From: Ramazzottius varieornatus
Taxonomy: Eukaryota; Animalia; Tardigrada
Direction of reading: 5' to 3'
Assembly (NCBI GenBank): GCA_001949185.1
Contig: BDGG01000006.1
Location: 2,416,671-2,480,670, forward strand
DNA length: 64,000 bases
Below the pieces are notes generated by a model, which saw only the letters and a list, made by a program, of their open reading frames with translations, did not search any database and had not been told where the DNA came from. This document shows, in pieces, positions 35,890-49,300 of the stretch (the first letter of the stretch is position 1; each line of letters starts with the position of its first letter). The position numbers were made by a program, and so were the translations under genes.

Positions 35890-38507
35890 TAGAGCACGGA
35901 ATCTGGCCGCATGCGCTGCACTGCAGCACAGCTACCGCGTGGCTGTGCCGGAAGAGGGCGCAGCGCAGCACAGCATGCAGCGAGACCGAGATGACTGCCG
36001 CACAGCAGTACATTTGCTAAAAAGACCGAATTCTCTGGATTCGACGTGCGACTCTTCTGCGTCGCCACTGTGTCAATCACAGCTCTTTCGAGCAGGACGA
36101 CAGAACTGCTGACTGGTAGCCTTGCATTTCGTGCAGGCCACGTCTGAAACAACTTCGTGTGCCAACCGTAACCGAACGGAAATATGTGGATAAGCACGAC
36201 GTTTAACTTCTTCGTTTGTTATTCACGGCTAACACCTTTGGACACCCAGGAGCTCGGATTAACACAGTGCTGCAATGAGAAACTCGAATATTGTTGCAGA
36301 AAGATGTCTGGGAGGAAGTGAGCAAGTTGGTGAAAGATGATATATTCGTCTTGCGAGCGGAAATTTTGGAAAGTCGGAAACCAGCAGCCTTTGGGTCGAC
36401 CATGAGGCGTCTTGTCGATAAAGATTCGGGTGACAGGCTCGACTTTGTTTGCTGCAGTAAGTGCAGGGTAGTGTGGAAGCATGACCGAAGCACCAACACC
36501 GATCCGTTGAACCGCCATGTCCAGAAGTGCGGTGTAAAGATAGTCAGCCAAGAGTAACGGGTTTCCTGGAAACGCACAAGCTTCCTTTGGTAGCCAAACA
36601 AGAAGTCTCCAAGGTGTGTTCGATTTTGTGCTGTAGACGGAAGAAGCTTTAAAGAAGTGAGTGGCAAAGGATTTAGAGCCCTGATTGACACCGTGATCGA
36701 TGTTACAATGAAGTACGGCCATGCTGGCAGACCTTCGGTCAAAGATATGCTTCCTGATCCGACGACAATCAGCAACTACGTTGGGAGCGAAGCGAGAAAA
36801 ATCCGTGAGTCTCTGCTGGAAGAAATTAGACCTATACTGCGGATGAACGGTGGCGGTATAACTCTTGATTTTCGGGAGGAAGAATACACCAAAGTATCTT
36901 AGTAAGGTAAACAAATCTCTGCAGTTCAAATGGTGTAATGCGCTGTTTTACTGGCGTCTATAAAATTAATTGTTTTGATTGTAGGGTGTACAGTTCACCA
37001 CATGTACGGGAATTCGGAGCTTCGAGAAAGGTTGCTGTTGTGCAGTGAATGGGACAGTGTCGACAGGAAAACGGGCCCGGCAGTACAGAAGTTTGTCTTC
37101 AGGAAGTTGCGAGAAATTGGGCTGGAGGAAGACCTGAAGCTTTGCACATTAGTCACGGATCAAGGCGGCAACATCAAGGTTGCTTTCCGCGACTCTGACT
37201 TTGAACATATAAACTGCGCAGGCCATCTTCTCAACACGTGCTTGCAAGCCTGCTTCAAGACCAAAGCGAAATCTCAGTATCCGATGCCCGCGGAAGCTGT
37301 GCCAACACTCACGTTGATAAACCAACTCAAGGCTTTGGTGACGCATTGCAAGCAAGGAGGTATCAGTCGTCAGCTTGGAACAACGCTGAAGCAGCAGTGT
37401 GATACTCGGGGGCTTGTGACTTATTAGAGATCCGATCCTATTATTCAGCTATGTGGAATAATACTGTGCGTACGGAGTAATACTGTGTTTTCTTTATTAG
37501 CTGGAATACCCACGTCGAGATGCTGGCTTCAGTCCTAGCTACCTACGACGAGCTGAAAGTGATCTTGGCAAACCGAAACGAATTACAGCTACTTCCAACC
37601 AGCAGCCAACGAATTCAGGAGATTCATGACTTGTTCGAGCCCGTAAGAGATATTACGGTTTAACTCTCCGCTTCGAAGACTCCTACGCTGCATCTGGTCG
37701 CTCCGGCTTACATGGAGATTATCCGCCATTTCAAAGAGTATGCCCCTTCCGATTTTGCCGACATCAGAACTCTTCAGAAACACGCAGAAAATGTTTTCAC
37801 TAAGAAACTTCAGATTGATGAAATTCGCAAGAGGGCTGTCTTTCTGGACCCGTCCATGAAGCACCTCAACTTCCTGAAAGCGGACGAACGTGTGGCTGTA
37901 CTCACGCGCGTCATGGCTGAGGTGCAGAAGGTCTCAATGCCGGAAAAGATCGGAGCTCCTACAGCAGAAGGTGAAAGCAACTTGTTCTATTTTTGTAACA
38001 TCAACTGATATGTCCCCCAAATATACCAGAATTGTCAGTTAATTACTAGAGCGGTAATCTTACAAAACTTTATTTGAAAAAAGAGAGTTTGAGCCGTATC
38101 AGTGTGATTACAAACACAGTATAGAGAGCTTCCACCTTCCAGCTGTCAACGTCGCAGCCAAAAAGCCACCAAAGTTCAACCTGAAAGCCATGGCGACGTA
38201 CTCTACGGACAGGCCCATAGAAAATGAAGTGGAGAAGTATCTCAGGCTACCTAGTCCTCCGGAGGATCAAGATGTTTGGAGTTTCTGGATCGAAAAGCAG
38301 AAGGATCTTCCCCGAATGAGTAGCTATGCACTACGTTGTCTTTCTGTACCTGGTACCAGTACTCCTTCCGAGCGTCTTTTCAGTAGATCTGGAACTGCAG
38401 TTGACGAAAAGCGAACGTCGTTAGATCGCCAAACCCTAAGTGATCTTATGGTTATTCAGTCTAATTACGAGTGCAGTGCAGCGCATGCGGCCAGATTCCG
38501 TGCTCTA
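35890..38507 (+). mobile_element. hAT transposon G with ~36-bp perfect TIRs, nested in F
   Basis: TAGAGCACGGAATCTGGCCGCATGCGCTGCACTGCA and its exact reverse complement ending at 38507; flanks AACCAGTG / AACCAAAC (imperfect). Confidence 0.88.
36291..38470 (+). pseudogene. hAT (Hermes/hobo-like) transposase with BED finger and in-frame stops
   Basis: CSKC...LNRHVQKC; VSGKGFRALI; ITLDF; VTDQGGNI; CAGHLLN; DTR|WNT; FLDP; WSFWIEKQKDLPRMSSYALRCLSVPGTSTPSERLFSRSG; TAA at 36555. Confidence 0.9.
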
Positions 38508-38929
38508 AACCAAACCATATGGTTCAAACCATTAGCAGCTCTATCTGTCGGACTCTGCTTAGATCGCGACAATCTCGATGCCTGCGGCACCGACGAGCAT
38601 CGAGTCAGCTACACTGCCAGGTACATGTGCACTTGCCTTAAACTATCAATATATATGTCAGTAAGCTTTGGCCTGTAATTTGGTGATATACAATCGGCTC
38701 TTTCAGTATTAGGTGTCGGCAGGCTTGGTTATTTGAATCGGTTCATTCCGGGATTGGATGATTTGGTGATTAAAATCACGTAATATTCGGAATTCAAGCG
38801 TGAGTGTACCAAAGTTCCAATCTACGCAAAACCTTGATTATCGGGGTGTCTTCTTTGTCGAGTAAATTGGCGATCTTTCTGTTTCTATTTGTCACCGCTC
38901 TTTATTCCGTTCGACTTATACTGTTCTAC

Positions 38930-40170
38930 GGTACAATCCCTTCTGAAAGAAAGCGTCTCATCAGTGATCTAGAAGAATGGGAGGTCAGACGGAAACTCAT
39001 GAAGCTGAACCTAGACCTTGCCGAAGCGGAGGAGGAGAAGGATGGAGCAGACATCGCGACCGTGCTGCTACAACTTATTTGCGCCACTCGATATCTCCAC
39101 CGACCCGAAGTCCTCAAGAGCACCCACTTTGTCCAGTATGTACTACCATTACTTGATGACGAACGCTTCAAACAAGGAGTCAGGATGTCCCGAGACGTGT
39201 TCGAGAGGATTCTGGGAAGAATCAGCGACCACAACGTGTTTCATCAGCATAGAAAAACACCTCAAGCTGACCCACGACTGCAACTTATGATCACCGCTTA
39301 CTGTTTCGGAAGCTCGGGGAGCTCTGCGTTGCTGGGAAAGATAGCTAGGCGCTTCGGTGTTTCAGAGGGATTCGTTGGTCTATGTACTTCCAGGTGCATT
39401 GAAGCTTTACTGTCGTTATAGACAAGCGAGGTGACCTGGCCGAACAAAAACGAAAGGACCTCCATCAAAGTAAGTACATTTATCGTTTCACAATTCTGAA
39501 ATTTTTTATTCCTACTCATGATTTTTTTCTGCAACAGGCACGTGTTTTGGCTGATTCGGGATTTCCTGACTGTGTCGGAATGCTGGACGGCACGCTGATT
39601 CCACAGGAGTACAAGCCGAAGAAAGACGAAGACTACTGGAGCCATAAGAGCCGTTATGGAATATCGGGTATGATTGTTTGTGACGATAAACGTAAGATCC
39701 GTTACGTTTTCGTTGGATTCTGCGGCTCGGTTCATGACATGAGGGTCTACAGTAACGCTCGTCTGGCAAGTTTGACTTCGAAGCTCTTCACAACTGGCGA
39801 GTACCTGCTGGCTGATAGCGCCTACACCACGTCGGCCGTTACCGTCTCATCATACAAGAGACCTTCCTCACTGGTGGAAGATAATGAGCAATTCAATTTT
39901 TACCTTGCGTCCATACGAATTCGAGTTAAGCATGCCATAGGAATACCGAAAGGTCATTTCCCTTCTCTACAGTCTCTCAGAATCAAAATTTTCGACAAAG
40001 AAACCCATGAAAGAGCTGTCAGGTGGATCAAAGCTTGCGTTGTGCTGCATAATATGTTACTCAAAGACAGCTATTTTGACAGCAGCTGGACAAAATATCG
40101 AGAGCGTATCACATCAGACTCGCCGCAAGAGTGTGCAACAGTCGATGGGAAAAGTTTCGAGACAGCGTAA
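38930..40170 (+). pseudogene. Harbinger DDE transposase (HARBI1-like), 2 exons, stop at 39419
   Basis: FKQGVRMSRDVF, HTH IARRFGVSEG, GFPDCVGMLDGTLI, GSVHDMRVY, LLADSAY, ACVVLHNML; intron ~39470-39537. Confidence 0.9.
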
Positions 40171-40188
40171 AGGAAAGAGTCTTAAACA

Positions 40189-41190
40189 TCAGAAGGCAGA
40201 GATAGGTTTCTTCTCTTCCAGCATCAGTCTCTTCTCCGAAAGAGCCAGCTGATCCTTTGCCCCAATCTGTAAAGCTTCGGCAATACTAATCGGTTTCTGA
40301 TGTTCTGTGTCGGGATTTCCTGTCGTCTTCCGCTCGATAGAACGCACAGCTGACTTTGCGGTAGTAAATTGAAACCTCATGGCATGGCAAATCATCATGT
40401 ATCTGCTCAAGTCGACTTCCGGTGGCACAGTGTCGTTATAAACTACTGGGCCACTTTCGTTACTTTCCTGTTCGTCTGAGCCTGCCTCCTCATCCATTGC
40501 TCCTAAACTGTCCGACGCGTGCGGCGGAACCATTGATGCCCGATCGGAACAGACTGGATTTAGTCTATCCCAATAGGGACAGTGATTGAGCACGATACCT
40601 GCAAAAGCAATAAAATTATCCAAGTGCAATGAGGTTGCGTAGAACGTAATCAATTGGACATATAAAAGCATTAAAGCAGAGCCGACGTCATCAACCGCGC
40701 AACTTGACGTGGGTAGGGATTTTACCTCGAGTTGTAGCATCGACCATCTTTTCCTCAGTAGGTCTCTCAGGATCAGGGTTATGACAGCCGGAGCCAGTGC
40801 CACCTAAGAAGACCAGGGCGGCTTTGTATCCCCTCTCCAAGTTAACGATTTTGTTAACATCGAGCAGTCCCGCTGAACACCATGCTCAGCCAGGTAAACT
40901 GATATCTTGCGGAAGACCGCGGCCTTTGTCGTTTCTGTAGTCTTGAGCTTTCCCCTCAGGTTATTCTTCTTCCCGGCGCCTTTGTACAGCGCGTAGTTAG
41001 CAGGATCTTCAAGCCATTCAATAAGCTGTCCTTCCTGCTCAGTCGACCATAGTCCGTAAGTGCGAGGTTCGTGAGAATCAACTCCAGCTGAGGTTTGCGA
41101 TGGTAAGTCGGCAGTAAGTTGTTGGCGGGACTTCTTGGGTACTGGCTGGCTCGTCTCAGGTGCGGTAGGGATTTTCTTGCGTCGCCCCAT
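40189..41190 (-). pseudogene. Harbinger second ORF (Myb/SANT-like DNA-binding protein), frameshifted
   Basis: WSTEQEGQLIEWLEDPANYALYKG...TKAAVFRKISVYLAEHGVQR; CPYWDRLNPV; C-terminal coiled coil. Confidence 0.75.
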
Positions 41191-41696
41191 AGTCAGCAAG
41201 TTTACAGGGTATCCTGAGTACTAAATCTGTACAGATTCCAGCGGAACAGAGACTACAGATCAGTTGGAGAACAGCAGAAGAGAACCAGACGTAAAAACGA
41301 GGAAAGCCATAAGTGTAATTAGTGTAATAGAGAGTAGAAAAAGTATGTAAAGCAAGTGTGCAAGAGACAAACGGATTTAAAATCTCAATAAAAGCTGCTC
41401 GAGGGCAGCTTTTTCCGGAGTTTAAATTAAAACCTCCGATCTGTAAAATCACAGAAACAACCAAAAAATCAATCAAGCCTGTCGACACCTATTGTAGATT
41501 CCAAACCTAACCAAAAGATCGCAGGGTGCTCTGCAGAATGCGCCGAGTACGTCTTTCACAGTTTCACAGAGGGAAACCTGCAATCAGCAGAGCACTTTCG
41601 CAGTTCATCAGGCATTCCGATATCTGGGGTCCGAATCCAACTCTCGTATTGTCTGATGACATCCTGAAAATTCGAGCAGAGATCCGGGTAACGTTG

Positions 41697-42200
41697 ATGC
41701 CACCAGATGGTCGGAAGCGAAAAGACACAAGCGATAACGCATTGGAGGTTTTTCGGAAGAGATCGCGTTCGATGTACGATTCTGAAGTTGGCCGCGATTT
41801 CGTCCTGGTTTCTTCTGATGGGGTGGAGCGGCGTGTCCATCAAGCGATTCTGAACAGTAGTTCTCCGGTGTTTAGTCGAATGCTCAAGTCCAACATGAAA
41901 GAATGCAAGACAGGTCGGTGCGAAATTGAGAATGTTAGTGGGAACACTGTGGATCTTTTGCTGCGCTGCATGTACTACGGGTCATTGAAAATTCCCCTCG
42001 CCTAAGCGAAAGATGTACTACAAGCGGCAGAGAAGTACGAGATGAATGATTTAAAAGAGCATTGCGAAGATATTCTGATCAGCAATATGGATAACATCGG
42101 AGAAGGCTGCTCTTCGCTGATAAGATGTGCGCGGAAAACCTGCAGAGCGCCGCTATGGGATACCTGGCGGCTGTTCTGCTACGTAACCCCGCCCCTTTCC
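41697..42200 (+). pseudogene. Intronless BTB/POZ (SPOP-like) gene with premature stop
   Basis: DFVLVSSDG...VHQAILNSSSPVFSRML..NMKE...EIENVS..TVDLLLRCMYYG...*AKDVLQAAEKYEMNDLKEHCE; TAA at 42003. Confidence 0.8.
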
Positions 42201-42560
42201 CTCTTTTCTATGGCTCGGAGTCTTTTGTCCGTGCTGTGACTGGATGAATGATCTGAGGCCCGCCCTTTTGTTTACGTTTACTTGTACGTCGATACAGCTT
42301 GCAGGCTGATTGGGGGCAGTATGAATTTACGGATTCTTGGCGTGTTGTGCACCAGGTTTGATTGGGAATTACTTGATTGGTTTGGAATCAGGAAGTCGGA
42401 AGTCCCGAACTCGGGCATTCAGGGAAGCAGGGTCCTAAAGTCGGAAGCTTTACTTGGTTGAGTATCGCGAGAAGATAGAGATTCTGTGACTTTGCGTGTC
42501 TGGGAACGAGAGTCGGCTGGGTAACCGGGTGGCTTGCCATCGTTTTCGTATCTTATTACG

Positions 42561-42733
42561 CACAGCGCACGACAAAATTAACCGTTAAAAATGGGCGTAA
42601 CATTCCAGCTGGAGCTTACTTACCCCTCAGCCAATGAGAATTAGATTTTGCTGTTTGCGCAAATTTCATTGGATTTGGCCATCTGGCTCCATCCAACACC
42701 CATTTTTAACGGTTTATTTTGTCGTAAACTGTA
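42561..42733. mobile_element. ~170-bp MITE
   Basis: ACGACAAAATTAACCGTTAAAAATGG / CCATTTTTAACGGTTTATTTTGTCGT inverted repeat with 1 mismatch. Confidence 0.75.
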
Positions 42734-43376
42734 CGGTTGGTCGTTTAGTGAGTCTTTGCAGGTAGATCGCGGTCTACAAGCTACGGTGTCCTGGTAGGAA
42801 CGTAGCAGTTCCGAAGAAAGTCCTCAGCTCTCCACAGATGGTCAGTCTTCTGGACAAGTCGCATACGTACCTGACCCTTGAGATCATGGCCGCGTTGTGT
42901 AAGGTTTCCCTGCAGAGTTTCCCCGATCATTGACCGACTATAGAAGAGCTGGAGGGATGGTTGTACTGATACGGGTACAATACTGTAGTTCCGGTCTTTC
43001 TTTGGCTTAATTTAGCGTGAAAACAGCGATAAGGATACTTTTTTTCCTGACCTTTTCATCAACTGATTTCTGGAATAACATGAAAAAAACGTACGGTTCG
43101 TAATAGAAAATTCGTACCGGTAATTACCAAATTCTTATCAAAACAGACTGTAGGCTATACAGCGTGGGTGAACAAACCAAGGCGTATTCCCACTTAGACA
43201 CCATTTTATGAAAGTGGAGTAATCTGTACAGGTCGAAGGTGAATACATTTGTGAGGATATTAATTAAATCAATACAACAAATAAACTTTTTTAATAACAC
43301 GAAACATGAAAATGAAAGCCTGCGAAATGTATTCAAAAAATTTTGGTTGGGTCTTGTTTCAAATTTTGTACAAAAT

Positions 43377-46300
43377 TCAGAACTCCGAGACGGTAGAAAA
43401 CTGAGTACGAGTCTGCTCCAGGGTGATTTTTTGATCGAAGTGCTGCGCGCGCCATCTGTCCATAGCCAGGCGAATTTTCGACAGCCAAAGAACCTACAAT
43501 CGAACAACCGATCATGCCCATCTTTTGTCAAAGATTTGTCGAGAGGGATTAACGAAGAGAAATGTATGGTGGAACCTACTCGAGTAGCGTCATTAGCGGC
43601 TTGTAGCGTAGCAGCTGAAATGATTTGTTGGTAGCGAGATACGTGGAGTATCACAAAGGAGTTCTTCAGCATAGAATTTGAGGTCTCGGAGGGACTCATA
43701 TCGTGGACCATTATCCGATCCAGGGGCATGGGCTGCTTGTACACAACATACTTTGTCGAGCTATCGGAATTCCATCCTTGGCTCCAGCTACCGACTAGGC
43801 TGTACGCTTCCGAAACTGTCGATCTCTGCTAATAGACCAACACAACATCTCAAATCCGAAGTCGTACTTTGGTAGACACAAATTCGATCACTTACCTTCT
43901 TCCCAAGGCTCTTCCTTTTCTTCGTCAAGAGTAACATGTCGTCAAAAAGAAAGACTTGCATCTCCACAGGTTTCCCGTTTTCTACAGAAATCCTTGTCAT
44001 GCACTACTGACCGATTCTGACAGCGCACACTGGTCGGGCCTTCGGGAGATTCTCTACGAATTGTCTATTTTACCTATCATGGATAAGGGTCCTTCCTGGA
44101 TGATGATGCGTCGCGGGCTGAGAATCAAGCCTTCGCACGGCTGCTTGGCTAAATGCTGCTTGAGAACCTAATCGAAACCAGGAAGTTTGAGCCAAACTGA
44201 CAGTTATTAATGGTCTAGCCAATTAGCCGACATACATCTGGAATGAATATTTTGGGGTCTTGGAGATCAATGACGGATGGCCACACGAGCTGTTTTTGGA
44301 TGACTTGCAGCTTCTCAAAGTTCCGCAGCCAGTTGATCTTCTCGTCGAGCCCTCCTGTCAAAATAAACTCATTAAGCTCCATCAGTCGCAAGAGGGTTCT
44401 CCTAGCTCGAAGGTCGATTGTCTGGAACTAATTTGCCCGACATACGCTGACTTACGGAGGGACGATTCTGTTTCTTCGAGTAATGCTTTCAGCTGGGTGC
44501 AGTCGTAGCCGCACTTTTCTGAATGCTTGCAGATTTCCCTGAGGAGCAGAGGTCGCTTCATGGTATGCTGGACGGGTGTCACGAGAAGGTCGGTAAGCTG
44601 GAGACGGTGGCATCGGCGATCTTGACTGCAGTACTGTTGAAAAGCAAGGCCGTTTTACTGGTGTCCCAGTGTTACAGGAAAATCAAAAGCTCTCCATTTA
44701 GTTCGTACCTTCTCGTATTCGTTGAAATCGTCGTGTTTCCTAACTTGCTCCAGGTAGTTCAGGGCGTTGATGTAGTGGAGGCAGTAGCGTTGAAAGGCCA
44801 AGGTTCGGTCGTCTTCCGGCTCGAACTCATAGCTCTCTGAATTCTAAAAATTAAGAATCCCCTTCAGCTCACCATGCAGTACTTTTTCTGAAAACGAGAA
44901 TGTAAACTTCACCCTTAGCCTACCCTTTGAAGCAGCTGCGCGATTTGGTCGACCGTCACAAAGTGTTCCGCCCTTTTGGCTCCTTGCTCCATCAGTTCCG
45001 CGAAGTTGATACACAGTTCGTAACTCGTCTGAAAGGCCGAGGATCATTTTCAAGATCGGTTCTCGCGATCGAAGTAGGTTAGGATAGTTCTTCGCTAGTT
45101 CTACGTACGGAGCAGAGTTCGTCGATGTTGCCAAATAGTTTCTCGGGCGCGGCATGCATGATGAAGCCCTCAACTTGCAGTTGCTTTAATGGTTCGAGAA
45201 AGACCTGTCAACGAAGCAAGGGTAATTACGCGAACGTCGAGTGACGACAAGTGAAGTGATCCACAACAATATGATCACATGCTCATAATTGCCGGCATCA
45301 TGCTTTAATCGATACTGACGGCCAACAGCGACTCAGTAACGATCACCGGAACAGAAACTACTCACATGTTTCAGCACTAATAAATGATCCAGAAGCAGTA
45401 CGAGCTCGCTCTGGAACATCTCCCAGATGGCTTCCCGCCGTTTGATTTCAGCTTCGGGTAACTCTAGTCCGTCGAGGATCGTTAGATCCGACCAGTGGAG
45501 GATCTTGTACCGCATCAACGACTCGTCATGGAACTCGCAGGTTTTCAAGGTTAGCAGTTGGTCTTCGAGGTTCATCGAGTCTGATTTGCTCCGTGAGGAT
45601 CGATCAAATAATTTCATGATCGACCAAGGTTTCTTCCGGGCGGAATCGGGTCCGCTGCCACCATCGGAGTTCGGTAGGCTTGCTGTCGAACCGGCAAAAT
45701 CTAGCAGAGCATACCAACGTAATATGCAATATCGCATACACTGAAGAAACCGTAGGAAAAAATGTAGAAACAGGAGATATTCGATAAATCGGAATTTCAA
45801 TGGATGATCAACTCAGGTTCCGCGCATTTTTCAATATCAAGTAAACTGATGAACTCTACCTTGTTTTTCAAAAGAGCTGGCAGGAGATTTCGGTGGTTTC
45901 ATACCCGACGAAGAGACGTTCGGAGTATTGGGATGAGTGCCATAAACGAGCAAATCCCCGGGACAGATTTGCATAGGAGGAATGACGACGACGGATGACC
46001 GTCGACGTTCGTAATTATGGACGCATAAGGGTGTTCCAGGAGTGCTGGGTACTCGGATATCACTGTAAACACGTAAACGGCTGCATACCGGAGGGCTAGA
46101 TTGCTCCATAGCTCAATCAGGTAAACGGATCATGAGATGGATAAATGGGTTCGTTAACTGCGGGAGTTCACTCGAGTGAACCCGGAGAAAAGAGCAGGAG
46201 GCAATCTAGCTCACCTGAGATCCCCGTTGCTGGCTAGGGACGATTGGCGTGACTCGGCAAAGGTCTATAATGATACCTTTGTTAGGTTAGCCGGATTATA

Positions 46301-49300
46301 CAGGACGAGATCCTGTAATTGTCAAGAGGCACTCTGATGGGCGTTCATCCGATCGTAACTTACGTCACCAATTGAAAATTTTATTTGCCATTCGTTTACA
46401 AATTTTTTTCATGAAGTTGTGTGTTTGTGAAATTCTTGTGTTTCCATTATATTTTAGAATTTTTTTCACTGCTTTCATGAGGTTTTCGGTCCACTTCAGC
46501 TCATGATTAAGAAAAGCGCATCAGAAAATTCTCACTTTGAAGAACTGAGGTTAGTCAAACTGATTCAAGACAATATTATGCAAAACACTGCCCATCTCCA
46601 GAATATATCAATACGAAAAGATTCTGTGAGGGTCGGGATACAGTAGACTGATATACCAGTCTGTCCATTCGGTACCTTAATGGGTTTGTTTCTTTCCAGA
46701 TTTCACGGTGTCAATATCGTCAATGGAAACTCCGAGAGTTTGTTTTGACTTACCTGCACGGGTGTCAATGCCGGTCTCCGTGACTGTAGCGAAGCGACGG
46801 AGGGTACAGGTTCAGGAGGGATCTGCGGAGCACTGCCAATTGGCGAGAGTACTTCTAATACTGTCTCGGGGACATCTATAGATTGTGTCGACTGGGAATG
46901 AGACGTGCGCTGGCGGGAGTGACTGCGATGAGCAATGGGAGGTCGGCCTGCTGTTGTGGTGCCACTGGAGATGGACGATGTGGAGGAGAAGCCATTCAGT
47001 AGCACCGGAGAACTCGAGTGCCGATCCAGTGCGGCAGGCTGTGAGGAGCTCATTGAGGGCTCTGTGGCGCATAGTTCGCGACTATGGATCACTGCTGCCG
47101 TACACGTGACCGCAGGGGCGCTGATCTGGCTGGGCAGGTTGGGAATGGTGAAGGAACGAGACCGATCTTCACTCTTGGCCTTAGATAGACCTGTAACCAG
47201 AATACGCTTATTTTGCGGAAGCCCGGAAGTCTGCTAATTGAACCAGGAAGCCCGAATCCCCCTAGTTCAAAGTGACGTCACTGCAGAAACAGTTGGACTA
47301 TACTAGTTCTGCCGTGCGTCGCCAATACTACTTTGCTGCGCAAAGTTTCATTGAGAGCGGTCTTCGAGGATCTGTGCAGAACGTCAATTGTGATGGACGG
47401 AAGGATCATCCTGTTATCCTTCCAATTGTCTGATAAAAACCAGGAAAAAACCTGGGACTAATACCGACGGTGTTTCGCCCTGCGTGTCTGCTGAGGTACC
47501 CTACAAGACTGATGCTATTCAGCGAAAGTTTGCACAGGTGGTGTTTTTGGGCTTTTCGCCCTTGATCTTGAAAGGTTTCTCGTAATAGCACTTTTTCAAA
47601 GCATCTGCGTGATGGAATTTTAATGTAAATTCTTCGAACAAAGGCCGTCGTAAAAACGCTCTTTGTGATCTGGCGGCAGATTTAAACTTCCGATCAATGC
47701 AGCTGCCATGTAATACAAAGGCCCCAGATAGTGCATCACAGCATCCTAATGAGCAGAAGAGAGCTCACAATCAGACTTATTCGATCGAGCGTAGAGTCGA
47801 TATGCAGATATTTACGCAATCTGCCCCTTCGCGGTCTTTTTACCATCTACGTGGAACTTTTTATGTGGAAGCTTTCGTGCGTTTGCATAAATGGGCATTG
47901 GTAAACTGCAGGCAAATAACCCACAATATGGTCTATAGATTATCAGGCCACTGAAGCTTCCGCATATGTCGCCGTACATCTAAAATTTTGGCGGTCTTGA
48001 GACCAGAACGCCTGCTTAACTAATTGTTTACTGTAGGCTTCCTGACAAGTGAAGCCGCAAGTTGTCACTAATTCGTACCACAAATCAAGATTACACTGCC
48101 TTCAGAGTAGGAGAAGTCAAAGACCTCATCCAGATTTCGGTGACACAGTTCCTATCGAACTTGTAAGAAGACTGTGTGATATGAGCTTACAAAATGGACG
48201 ATTACAACGATTGCAGAAAATCGTCAAATTTCCGGGTGCTCCTTAGCATCGAAGGCCACTTCGCTTGAACGATTATAACAGTTGCTGAGTATGTAATATG
48301 CACGGCAAAAAGTAGCAATCGATACTATAAAAATAATTTGTCATCGTAAAAATACACTTTTTATCCGATTATTAGTCGGTTATACCATTGCAGAAGAGCA
48401 AGGACGAAGAGTGTGTTACGCTCTGGGTGTGACGAGTGATCTCGCTCGGAGAGTTTCCGGTAGAGTTGAAGTTCATTAAAAAAACACTCACCCCAGTACA
48501 GCGCAGAGGCTGCGAAGGCCACAGCCGCCAAGAAGGGAGTACTCAGCGTGAGAGAACTACAGGACAATAGCCACGTTACGATGATTTTGACGAGAGGCAT
48601 CGAAAAGTGGGATACCATCAACAGGCGCAAGCCGGACAATCGATCAACGAGAATCATCAGAATGCACAACACACGACCACACACCAGATCATTTCCTTGA
48701 AAGTTACATTTCGAAACCCAAAAAGATTTGTCGAGTGATCGTGTCTTTTGTCGAAGTGCACTTCAAGGGCCATAATGATGATATAAGCTCATTTGAATCA
48801 CCGCCTAACTCGGATGGATGATACCAGAAGCAACTAGAACCTCGATCAACGCTCTCTGAGTTTATGCACAGCTCTTACTTTCAACATGGGCAAAACCCTT
48901 CTTGTGCTCTGGGTCTTCGTTATGCAGCCCAGCTTGGCTTTCAGTACCGTACTTTACTTTCCAGCTCAAAATAGCCTGGCAGACCGCGGACTCAGCAATG
49001 TCGGCCAGATGGAGCGCAACGACGGAGAGCTCGACTGCGAAGTGAGCAGAACGGATTGGGACTGCTCAAATAACCATGGATAGCCCGGGTCGCAAAGGCC
49101 AAGTTTGATTCATTAACACAGCATCCGCCGATAGAAGAACCCCAGAATCACGCCATATTTGTACGGAGAGAGTTTACCTTCCTTCACTCAGCCAATTACC
49201 GCTATCTATTCAACCAAAGTTTTCACGTCTAAAACGCGTGCACAAACTACGGAAAGCCCAAACGACCTTGTAACCAGCATCCACCCATGGGGAAGGTCGC

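Larger units (their letters stand above)
35161..38543. mobile_element. hAT element F (AAACC/GGTTT repeats) hosting element G
   Basis: TIRs TAGAGCTGTTA / TAGCAGCTCTA; perfect 8-bp TSD TCTGTCGG (35153-35160, 38544-38551). Confidence 0.9.
38711..41490. mobile_element. PIF/Harbinger-superfamily (PHIS) transposon with two convergent ORFs
   Basis: TIRs AGGTGTCGGCAGGCTTG / CAAGCCTGTCGACACCT (1 mismatch); 3-bp TSD ATT (38708-38710, 41491-41493). Confidence 0.9.
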
